A model generated the notes under the pieces. It saw nothing but the letters and a program-made list of their open reading frames with translations. It searched no databases and was not told the DNA's origin. Positions 18,916-27,280 of a stretch of 64,000 nt of DNA are shown here, in pieces (positions within the stretch are counted from its first letter, which is position 1; each line of letters begins with the position of its first letter). Source of the DNA: Pedosphaera sp. (lineage in GTDB: Bacteria; Verrucomicrobiota; Verrucomicrobiia; Limisphaerales; SIBH01); NCBI GenBank assembly GCA_031414955.1, contig JANOQV010000067.1:1-64000 (forward strand), written 5' to 3'. Both the position numbers and the translations under genes were made by a program.

Positions 18916-20066
18916 CGTGTCCCTCGTTTCATCCACGCTCCCAGCCACAGCCCGAGCCGCGCCGCGATCATCGACAGTCCGAGCGCGCGCAAGGCGTTGA
19001 CTCCCGTCATCACGTCCGGGCCCGACTCCCAGAAGGCCACGCGCGCGGGCGGACTTATCTTGAGGAAGAACGGCCAGTGCTTGCCGCCTCCGGCGAAGAA
19101 CCAGTTGTCTGCGGCGGGTGAGAGCAGAAATCCCGCGAAGGTCCATTGCGCGCAGAGGAACAGAAAGAAGAACACCAACCCCAGCACGCCCGCTTGCAAC
19201 CAGCCCAACCCAGGCCGATCCGACCACCGAACTCTTCTGAGCAGGAGGTCCACTGCGATGGCCGGCACCATGAGCAGCAACGGGAACGGCGGCGGCATCA
19301 GATGATCGAGCGGGTTGTAAATCGGTCCGGTCATCGGACGCGCGGCCATCAAAGGCAACAGCCAGACCATGGCCCCGGCCACCACGAGGTACGTCGCCGC
19401 ACCCAACGTGGCCGACCAGCGGAGCCGCCCCGCCTTCGCCATCGCCACGAGCAGAATCGGATAGGTGGCGCAGGCGATCTGATAGAACGACGCCGAGTGC
19501 TGGTAGTTGGGATAGCTCTGCGTGACCGTGACGATGCTGATCAAAGTCAGCAGCAGCCCGCCCGCCACGGGAAAAACTGCCGCCGTCACGGCGGAGTTTC
19601 GTCCGGGTTCATCCCTGGCCGCGAGTCCGATCATCCACACGCCCGCCAGCGTCACGAAATAGGCCGTGGCTTTCAGAATCTGCGGCGGATGCCAGATGCC
19701 GGCCCCCATCCCGTAGGCGGACTGCCACCAGCGGTCGAAGAGCACGGCGGTGATGAAGGCCAGCGTACCCCAGGCCGCCAGCCATCCACCCGCCGGCGCG
19801 ATCACGCGACCGAGTTGGATCAAGCCGGGAGTTGGCCCGGTCGCGCGCGTTCCTTTGAACATCAACCACCCCGCGCCCACCCCGATCGTGGCCATTGCCA
19901 GGTAGGTGAGCGAGTGCGGGGGCGACCAGAACTGGTCGATGCCCACGGTGGATTCCCACGAGAAGTCCCAGAGCAAACTCACCGGAATGGCGAGCGCCGC
20001 CAGCAGGAAGCAGACGCTGCCCCGCGCCGTCCGCGCTGCGCCGGTGGGGATGGATGAAGGATTCAC
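18912..20066 (-). CDS. Polytopic membrane protein with duplicated PmoC/AmoC-like motif
   Basis: WDFSWESTVGIDQFWSPPH and FDRWWQSAYGMGAGIWHPPQ; about 9-10 TMs. Confidence 0.75.
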   Translation of the reverse strand: MNPSSIPTGAARTARGSVCFLLAALAIPVSLLWDFSWESTVGIDQFWSPPHSLTYLAMATIGVGAGWLMFKGTRATGPTPGLIQLGRVIAPAGGWLAAWGTLAFITAVLFDRWWQSAYGMGAGIWHPPQILKATAYFVTLAGVWMIGLAARDEPGRNSAVTAAVFPVAGGLLLTLISIVTVTQSYPNYQHSASFYQIACATYPILLVAMAKAGRLRWSATLGAATYLVVAGAMVWLLPLMAARPMTGPIYNPLDHLMPPPFPLLLMVPAIAVDLLLRRVRWSDRPGLGWLQAGVLGLVFFFLFLCAQWTFAGFLLSPAADNWFFAGGGKHWPFFLKISPPARVAFWESGPDVMTGVNALRALGLSMIAARLGLWLGAWMKRGTR

Positions 20067-20235
20067 GCGCCCGACTAGCTACATGAAAACACCGGGCGCG
20101 GCTAGTGCCGAGGCTGCGGGGCACCTCGATCACGGGCAAACCCGGCGTCAGCCGGTCATTCTGTGCTTGGCACGGACGGGGGGTGCGTGGCAACACTCCC
20201 CCCGCTCCAAAACAACCTGACTTGCAGAAAATACT

Positions 20236-21267
20236 ATGAGCAAAAATGAATTCAGTTCTCCGGTTGGCGCTCGCTCGTTAGCCCGCACTCTGGCCTCTGG
20301 TCTGATGCTCGGTCTCGTCTTGCTGCCCGCGACCCCGGTGCAGGCTGGTTTGCACCTTTGGACGATTCGCGAGATTTACACGGACGCCAGTGGCGGCTTG
20401 CAGTTCGTCGAGTTCTTCACCACCTCACCTGGTGAGATCTTTGTGAATGGAGCCTCGATTACGCTGACGCCGACTGGGGGAGGTGCGCCGCGGTCCATCA
20501 CGCTCGCGGGCAATTTCGTCGGGAGCACCGCGAACAAGGCTTTCATCATCGGCACTGCTGCCATCACCAACTTCGGCGGGCCAAAACCTGACTTTATCAT
20601 TCCTTCGAACTTCGTCTCGGCGGCGGGTGGATCGATCTCCTATTTTGGCCAGGGCGGCGGTCCTTATACGGCCTTGCCCACGGATGGCACTTTTTCACGA
20701 ACCTGGGTGGGCGGTGCCAACGCCACCAACAGCCCGCGAAACTTCGCCGATCAGACCGGGCGGATCACCATCCCGCCCGTGAACGCTCCGCCGGTCGTGG
20801 TCATCACCAGTCCAGCCAACAACTCCGGTTTCAGTCCGCTGGCCACCATCCCGATCGTGGTGGCGGCCACGGACGATGTGGCTGTGGCTAGCGTCCGTTT
20901 GGAGACGAACGGTGTCGTGGCGGCCACCAACACCGTCGCGCCGTTCGGGTTCACTCTGACCAATCTGGCCAACGGAGATTATGTCTTGCGCGCGCTGGCT
21001 TTTGACGGCCAGTCGCTCAGCGCCACCTCCGCGCCGGTTATCATCCGGGTGACGGATGGACCGGTGCTGGTCTTTTCGCGCGGCCTCAACGGGCCGATCC
21101 AGTTTCAGTTCAACTCCATCACCGGGGCCAGCTACGTGGTGGAGCGCGCCTCGCCGCTGACCAACTTCACCCCCATCGTGACCAATCCCGGCAACGGCGG
21201 CATCATTCAGTTCTCCGAGACGAACAGCAGCGATGCCCAGCGCACCTACCGGGTGCGCAGGCAATAG
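20236..21267 (+). CDS. Secreted protein with Ig-like domain and C-terminal beta domain
   Basis: Signal peptide ending VQA, mature GLHLWTIREIY, NAPPVVVITSPANN Ig-like domain, C-terminal YVVERAS...TYRV. Confidence 0.8.
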   Translation: MSKNEFSSPVGARSLARTLASGLMLGLVLLPATPVQAGLHLWTIREIYTDASGGLQFVEFFTTSPGEIFVNGASITLTPTGGGAPRSITLAGNFVGSTANKAFIIGTAAITNFGGPKPDFIIPSNFVSAAGGSISYFGQGGGPYTALPTDGTFSRTWVGGANATNSPRNFADQTGRITIPPVNAPPVVVITSPANNSGFSPLATIPIVVAATDDVAVASVRLETNGVVAATNTVAPFGFTLTNLANGDYVLRALAFDGQSLSATSAPVIIRVTDGPVLVFSRGLNGPIQFQFNSITGASYVVERASPLTNFTPIVTNPGNGGIIQFSETNSSDAQRTYRVRRQ

Positions 21268-21492
21268 CCTCGGGGTCTGGCAATCCTCCCGACGGAAACT
21301 CGCGCGGACCCCGTTTGCGGCTGGCCTTTCCGCCCGTTGGTTCGCCCCTGTCTCCAAGCCGCTCCGCTTGATTGGATGGCGGTTCCTTAGCTCATCGTTT
21401 AGTGGTCACCCGCCGCCGGAACTGCGAAAACTTTCGGCGCGCTTGAGAGAATCAAAACTGTTCACCTGCTGGCAAACTACTACGATGAATCC

Positions 21493-21753
21493 ATGAAGAC
21501 GCTGACCGTCGCGCAGGCTAAGTCAAAGTTGGGCAAACTGGTGGACCAGGTTCATGCTGGCACGCCGATCATCCTGGTTCATAACGCCAAGCTGGTGAAG
21601 GTGGAACGCTACGTGCCCTTCGATCCGGCCGAGGACCGCCCGGAGTTGGAAGCGATGTTGTTGGAAGGCGTGCGCTCTCACTTCACACCCTACTCCGAGG
21701 ACGAAATGCAGAGCCTCCTCGATAAACTGCGGAGGAGGCAGCGCAAGAAGTGA
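21493..21753 (+). CDS. Phd/YefM-family antitoxin
   Basis: MKTLTVAQAKSKLGKLVDQVHAGTPIIL; overlaps toxin gene. Confidence 0.8.
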   Translation: MKTLTVAQAKSKLGKLVDQVHAGTPIILVHNAKLVKVERYVPFDPAEDRPELEAMLLEGVRSHFTPYSEDEMQSLLDKLRRRQRKK

Positions 21754-22091
21754 CGCTGGCCCTCCAAAAAGGCGAAGTCTTCAAACGCGACTTTGAATGG
21801 CAGGCCGGATGGTATCTGCGCCGCGCGGGCGATGAGATCGCCCAAGGATACCTCGATTGCTTGAATGAGTCGCTGCGGCTGCTGGTCGTTCATCCCGGCC
21901 TCGGTTTCGCCCGCCGCTATCGCCATCCTGAGCTCAGGGGGCTGCGCTCGTTTCCGGTCAACCGCCCCTTCCAACCACATCTGATTTTTTATCGCCACGA
22001 TTCCACCACGCTCTTTGCCGTCCGAGTAATCCACGGCGCGCGTGACCTGCCCCGTCGGTTGCTGGAGCCATCCGGAGATCACGATGACTAG
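21750..22091 (+). CDS. RelE/ParE-family toxin
   Basis: HPGLG, LRSFPV, HLIFYR, VRVIHGARDL motifs. Confidence 0.85.
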   Translation: MTLALQKGEVFKRDFEWQAGWYLRRAGDEIAQGYLDCLNESLRLLVVHPGLGFARRYRHPELRGLRSFPVNRPFQPHLIFYRHDSTTLFAVRVIHGARDLPRRLLEPSGDHDD

Positions 22092-22151
22092 CCATCCCGC
22101 CCGTCTTCACCATCAAGTCCATGCGGGTCGTGCGCTGGTGCGTGGTGCCGG

Positions 22152-22188
22152 TGGAATTTGGGGTTTGGAGTTTGGAGTTTGGAGTTTC
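22152..22188. repeat. Heptamer tandem repeat (TTTGGAG), single arm, inside mini-ORF 22084-22191
   Basis: ggaatttggggtttggagtttggagtttggagttt immediately before ATG 22192. Confidence 0.75.
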
Positions 22189-22191
22189 TAA

Positions 22192-24405
22192 ATGGGCTTC
22201 CTCAATCCATTGCTCCTCTTCGGCCTCGCGGCGGTCTCCGTGCCGATCATCATCCACCTGCTCAACCGGCGAAAATTCCAGAAGGTCGTGTGGGCGGCGA
22301 TGCGGTTCATCCAGACCAGCGTGGAGAAAAACCAGCGCCGGATGCGCATCGAGGACATGATTCTGCTCGCGCTGCGCTGCCTGCTGCTGGCGTTGCTGGC
22401 GTTGGCCCTGGCCCGGCCGGCCTTCCGAAACTCAGGCTCCAATTTCCTCGGCCAATCGAAGGCGACCGCCGTGCTCATTCTCGACAACTCGGCCAGCATG
22501 GGCATGAGCGACGGGACCGCGACGCGCTTCGAGAAGGCGAAGCAGGCGGCGGAACAGGCCCTCAACGGCATGCCCGCTGGCTCGGCCACCGCGGTGTTGC
22601 TCGCATCGGACATTGCGCAAGGCGCCATCGCCGAGCCGACGTTTGATCTCAATCTCGCGCGCAAAGTGATCCGCGAAGCGCCGCTGACCGACCGCGCCAC
22701 CGATTTGCTGCCGTCGCTCCAGCGCGCGCTCGACACGCTCAAGCAACGCATCGGCTTGCGGAAGGAGATTTACCTCATCACCGATGGCCAACTCGCCGGC
22801 TGGAAACAGATGACGGAGATCCAGAAGCTGCTCGAAAACTCGCAACGCGACATCCGCACGCATGTCGTGCTGGTGAGCGAGCATGAGGAGCGCAACCTGG
22901 CCGTGACGGAACTGCGCAACACCGGAGGGCTGACGCCGGTGAATCAACCGCTACGTTTCGAGGCCCGCGTGAGCAACTTCGGCCGCGAAGCCGTGAGCAA
23001 CGTGCGCGTGAGCCTGAACGTGGACAGCGAGCCACCCAGCGATGAATTCACCATCGACTCACTGCCCGTCGGCGGGAGCAAGAGCGTGTCGCTCTTCGCC
23101 AAAATTCGCGCCGAGGGCTTTCACTCCGTCGTCGCGCGCATTCCCGAGGATCGTCTGCCGGCGGATGACAAGCGCGCCCTGGCCGTGCGCGCCATCAAGG
23201 AAGTGCGCGTGTTATTGGTGGACGGCGATCCCGGTGCCGAGCCGCGCGACAGTGAAATCTTCTTCCTCCGTCACGCGCTCATCCCCGTGCCGGTGAGCGA
23301 GCAGCCGAATTACTTCGTCAAGGTGGCCCGCCTCGCTGCGCCTGAATTCCCGACCGCGCGGCTGGATGACTTCGACGCCGTGGTTCTGGCCAACGTCGCC
23401 GACTTGGCGGAGCCAGTGGCCAAAGGCTTGGAGCAATACGTCCGGCGGGGCGGGGGGCTGATGATCTTCTCCGGCAACCGTCTCAATCCCTCGTTCTACA
23501 ACGAGCAGTTGTCAGCCAAGCAGCACTTGTTGCCCGCGACCTTTGGTCCCATGCGCGGCGACGCCGAGCAGGACGTGAACTACTTCACGCTCCAGGATCG
23601 CGGGCTGGAGCACGGCATTGTCTCGCTGTGGAATGATCCGAACGCGGGCACACTATCCTCGGCGAGATTTTATCGCGCTTATGATTTGCTGCCGGTGACG
23701 AACGGAGCGCCGGCTTCCAGCACGGCGCAAGCAGGCGCGTCCTCCAGCAATGCCGTGCTGGAAGCCGGCGCTCCGCAAGTCGTCGCCAAGTTCAGCCACG
23801 GCACGCCCGCCATCGTGGAACACACCTTCGGCCTCGGGCGCGTGGTCATGTTTGCCAGCACGGCGGACACGGCCTGGAATGATTTCCCGGTCCGGCCCGC
23901 GTTTGTGCCGCTGCTGCATCGCACGCTCGGTGCGCTGGTCCAGCGACAGGACGAGGGCTTGAACGTGCGCGTCGGGCAAAAATTCGTGCGGCAGGTCGCC
24001 TCCGAACTGCTGGACAAGGAGGCGCGCGTCTTCAAGCCGCGCCAGACCGACGCCCTGCTCGAACAGCGCCGCATCGAACTGGTCAACGGCTGGCCCATGC
24101 TGCAATTCGAGGGCACCGATCTGGGCGGCATCTACGAAGTGGGCGTGGGTGACGCGCGCGGTGTGCTGCGCTTTGCGGCCCAAGCAGACGCGAACGAGTC
24201 GTCCCTCGACGAGCTTTCCGCCGAACAGAAAAAGCTCCTGAACGCCTCCGCCCACGTGGTCGAGTGGGCACCGGGGCTCTCGTTCAAAGACTCGATGCAG
24301 TTCGCAGGCAGCGGGGCCGAGTTCTGGCTGCCCATCGTGATCCTCGCCCTCCTCCTCGCGGGCGCGGAGACGTTTCTGGGCCAGTGGTTCAGCCGAAGCA
24401 AATGA
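22192..24405 (+). CDS. BatA-domain / vWA / CARDB-like membrane protein
   Basis: MGFLNPLLL...PIIIHLLNRR BatA N-terminus, LDNSASM MIDAS, ITDGQ, C-terminal TM. Confidence 0.88.
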   Translation: MGFLNPLLLFGLAAVSVPIIIHLLNRRKFQKVVWAAMRFIQTSVEKNQRRMRIEDMILLALRCLLLALLALALARPAFRNSGSNFLGQSKATAVLILDNSASMGMSDGTATRFEKAKQAAEQALNGMPAGSATAVLLASDIAQGAIAEPTFDLNLARKVIREAPLTDRATDLLPSLQRALDTLKQRIGLRKEIYLITDGQLAGWKQMTEIQKLLENSQRDIRTHVVLVSEHEERNLAVTELRNTGGLTPVNQPLRFEARVSNFGREAVSNVRVSLNVDSEPPSDEFTIDSLPVGGSKSVSLFAKIRAEGFHSVVARIPEDRLPADDKRALAVRAIKEVRVLLVDGDPGAEPRDSEIFFLRHALIPVPVSEQPNYFVKVARLAAPEFPTARLDDFDAVVLANVADLAEPVAKGLEQYVRRGGGLMIFSGNRLNPSFYNEQLSAKQHLLPATFGPMRGDAEQDVNYFTLQDRGLEHGIVSLWNDPNAGTLSSARFYRAYDLLPVTNGAPASSTAQAGASSSNAVLEAGAPQVVAKFSHGTPAIVEHTFGLGRVVMFASTADTAWNDFPVRPAFVPLLHRTLGALVQRQDEGLNVRVGQKFVRQVASELLDKEARVFKPRQTDALLEQRRIELVNGWPMLQFEGTDLGGIYEVGVGDARGVLRFAAQADANESSLDELSAEQKKLLNASAHVVEWAPGLSFKDSMQFAGSGAEFWLPIVILALLLAGAETFLGQWFSRSK

Positions 24406-24686
24406 AAGCTCCAAGCTCCAAACCCCAACCAACTTTCAACACTCAAGCTTCAACTTGGTGGTGTCGGTATGGTTTGAAGTCGCGGACTGGTCCGGGACGG
24501 AGCGCAAAAACTTCGCCCCGGAGCGCGGCTGTGCCCGTAGGGCCAGCCGCAGCACGCGAATTATGCCGGGCGCTCTCGATTTGCCAACGTGCTGCGGCTG
24601 GTCTTCGACACAGCCGCGCTCCAAGGGCGTGTCGAAGTTTGAAGGTTGGAGTTTTGTTGGAGTTTGGGATTTGGATTTTGGAATTT
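24405..24686. repeat. Inverted heptamer element with nested GGAG REP doublet
   Basis: aagctcc repeats 24405-24455; REP arms 24520-24557 / 24588-24622; ttggag/ttggat repeats 24638-24686. Confidence 0.8.
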
Positions 24687-24696
24687 CGCCGCGCGC

Positions 24697-27126
24697 ATGA
24701 CCGACTTCTTCCTCAAACTCCTCGGCGTGCCCATCACCGACGCTCTCGCCGTCAGCAAGACCTCGCTGGCGCTGCGCGGCGGCGTGCCGATGGGCTGGGT
24801 GTTCTTCGCTGCCATCGTCTTTGGGCTGCTTACCTGGTGGAGCTTCGCGAAGACCCCGCAGGCCATCAGCCGCGCGCGCAAGGTTTTGCTCACCGCGTTG
24901 CGTCTGGTGTTCTTCGCCCTCGTGCTCGGGTTGCTGTTGCGACCGATTCTCGCGCTAACAGTCGAGGGCAGCATCCGCCGCTCGCTGGTGGTGCTGGTGG
25001 ATGATTCCTCAAGCATGAACATCAAGGATCCGCGCCTCGACCCGGCGGACCAGAAGCGCGCCGCTCTGGCCCGCAACCTTCTCGATCCGACGAAGGGCTT
25101 GAGCCAGAACCTCGGAGCTGGTGCCGGCAAAGGCGTGGACCAACTCGCCCGTGTCGAAGTGGCGCGCGGCGCGCTCAAGAATCCGCGCCTGAATCTCTTG
25201 CCGCGACTCGAGAAAAACTTTGACCTCGACCCGTTTACATTTGGCCAGGGCGTGGCGCGGTTGCCGCAGCCCGAAACCAAGACCAACGAGTCGCGCAAAA
25301 TCGAGGACTACGTCTGGATCGACCAGCTCGCGCCGGCCAGTCCGCTCACGCCCATCGGCGACGCGTTGCGCGAAGTGTTGAACCGCAAGCGGGGCCAACC
25401 CCTCGCGGGCGTCGTTCTCGTCACCGACGGCGCGAACAACAGCGGTTCGCAGCCGCGTGAGGCCGCCGCGCTGCTGCGGGCCGAGGGCATCCCGCTTTAC
25501 GTCTATGGCGTCGGCATCACCTCGCCGCGCGACATCATCGTGGCCAACATCTTCGCGCCCGATGTGACCTTTGTGCGCGACGAAGTGACGGCCACGGTGC
25601 GCGTCCGCTCGCAAGGTTTGAGCGGGCACACGGCGCGGCTGAAGTTGCAACTCAACACCACCACCGTGGCCGAGAAGGAGATTCAGTTCGGCGCGGACGG
25701 CGAGCAGGTGATTCCAATGACTTTCACGCCGCAGAACCAGGGACAGTTTGAGTTGACCGCGTCCATCGAGCCGCGCGACGACGAGACGGTGAAGGAGAAC
25801 AACTCGGCGACGCACCAACTGCGCGTGGTGGACAGCCGCATTCGCGTGTTGCTGGCCGACCAGTCGCCGCGCTGGGAGTTCCGCTACCTGCAAGCCATGC
25901 TCCTGCGCGACCGGCGCGTGGACTTGAAGTGCTATCTCGTCGAGTCCGATCCGGCCATCGCGCGCGGTACGAACTCGCCTTACATCGACAGCTTCCCGGC
26001 GCGGCAGGACGACATCGCGAAATACGATCTCGTCATCTTCGGTGACATTGACCCGCGCAAGCTCACCCCGGGCCAGTTGGAAACGGTAAGCTACTTTGTC
26101 TCGGAACTGGGCGGCTCCTTCGTGCTGCTCGCCGGCAAGAAGTTCGCGCCGCACGCCTATCGCCGCACTGTGTTCGACCGCATGTTGCCGGTGGAGTTTG
26201 ACGCGCCTGCGGTCACCGCCACCGAGCCGGTGGCGGACAAACCAGTGAAGCTGGAACTCACTGCCGGCGGCCGCGCCAACCTGATGATGCGCCTCTCCGA
26301 TCGCGACGAGGAGAGTCTGGCGGTGTGGAAACAACTGCCGCCAGTTTATTGGGTGGCGAAGGTGTCGCGCCCGAAACCCGCGGCCGAAGTGCTGCTCGTC
26401 GATCCCGACCCCGGCAAGGAATCGCGTTTCGGCAAAATGCCTGTCGTCGCGATGCAGCAATACGGCCAGGGCCAGGTCATGTATGTCGGCACCGACAACA
26501 CCTGGCGTTGGCGCAAGAACTCGGGCGACTTCTATCACTCCGCCTTCTGGGGACAGATCGTCCAGCGCATGGCCATGCTGCACGTGCTCGGTGGCTCGAA
26601 GCGCACCCGGCTCTCGACCGACCGCAAGACTTACGTGACCGGCGAACGCGTGCAGGTCTTCGCGCGCTTGCAGACGGCGGGCGCGGAGCCATTGCAGGAT
26701 ACCACGGTGAAAGGCATCTACGGCCTGCGCACTGGCGGCCAACAGACGGAAGTGGTGCTGCGCGCCACGCCGGATCATCCCGGCCTGTATCGCGGCGAGT
26801 TCCTTGCGCCGCTCGCGGGCCAGTATCAGATCTACACGGAGCTGGACCTCGACGCGCCGGCGGATTTCACCGTCACGGAGCCGAAGTTCGAGTTTGGTGA
26901 AACGGCGATGAACGAGCCGTTGCTGCGCGACCTCGCGGTGACTACGGGAGGCGCGTTCTTTCGCGAGGAAGATTTGTTCAAACTGCCCGACACCATCGCG
27001 GCCAGGACCGAGCGCGTGAAGTCGCCGCTGGAAATCGAGCTGTGGTCATCGCCGCTTTATTTCATCCTGATGCTGCTGGTGCTGACCGGCGAATGGGTGC
27101 TGCGCAAGATGTCGTATTTGAAATGA
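24697..27126 (+). CDS. vWA and glutamine-amidotransferase-like domain membrane protein
   Basis: VDDSSSM MIDAS, VLVTDGANNSG, PRWEFRYL, TWRWR, C-terminal EWVLRK. Confidence 0.85.
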   Translation: MTDFFLKLLGVPITDALAVSKTSLALRGGVPMGWVFFAAIVFGLLTWWSFAKTPQAISRARKVLLTALRLVFFALVLGLLLRPILALTVEGSIRRSLVVLVDDSSSMNIKDPRLDPADQKRAALARNLLDPTKGLSQNLGAGAGKGVDQLARVEVARGALKNPRLNLLPRLEKNFDLDPFTFGQGVARLPQPETKTNESRKIEDYVWIDQLAPASPLTPIGDALREVLNRKRGQPLAGVVLVTDGANNSGSQPREAAALLRAEGIPLYVYGVGITSPRDIIVANIFAPDVTFVRDEVTATVRVRSQGLSGHTARLKLQLNTTTVAEKEIQFGADGEQVIPMTFTPQNQGQFELTASIEPRDDETVKENNSATHQLRVVDSRIRVLLADQSPRWEFRYLQAMLLRDRRVDLKCYLVESDPAIARGTNSPYIDSFPARQDDIAKYDLVIFGDIDPRKLTPGQLETVSYFVSELGGSFVLLAGKKFAPHAYRRTVFDRMLPVEFDAPAVTATEPVADKPVKLELTAGGRANLMMRLSDRDEESLAVWKQLPPVYWVAKVSRPKPAAEVLLVDPDPGKESRFGKMPVVAMQQYGQGQVMYVGTDNTWRWRKNSGDFYHSAFWGQIVQRMAMLHVLGGSKRTRLSTDRKTYVTGERVQVFARLQTAGAEPLQDTTVKGIYGLRTGGQQTEVVLRATPDHPGLYRGEFLAPLAGQYQIYTELDLDAPADFTVTEPKFEFGETAMNEPLLRDLAVTTGGAFFREEDLFKLPDTIAARTERVKSPLEIELWSSPLYFILMLLVLTGEWVLRKMSYLK

Positions 27127-27156
27127 AGGCGAGCGTGAGCAGAGTCGATGCGCCCC

Positions 27157-27184
27157 GGAGCGCGGCCTTCAGGCCGCTTCACCG
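27157..27184. repeat. GGAG REP arm (family A) within mini-ORF 27123-27284
   Basis: ggagcgcggccttcaggccgcttcaccg, nearly identical to the arm at 2-26. Confidence 0.75.
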
Positions 27185-27280
27185 TGATGACGGAGCGGCA
27201 GTTTGTGTGATTTCACCGCTGGTTGGTTTGCGGTCGCTTCAGCGCCGCTTTCAGACCATGCGCAGGGGCTGCCAATTGAA

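Noticed and set aside
21370..21410. Relic of the batA start upstream of the phd-parE pair
   Set aside because: Similarity to atgggcttcctcaat is too weak and needs indels
22084..22150. Remnant of a DUF58 3-prime end
   Set aside because: Only a vague peptide resemblance; cannot be supported without a search
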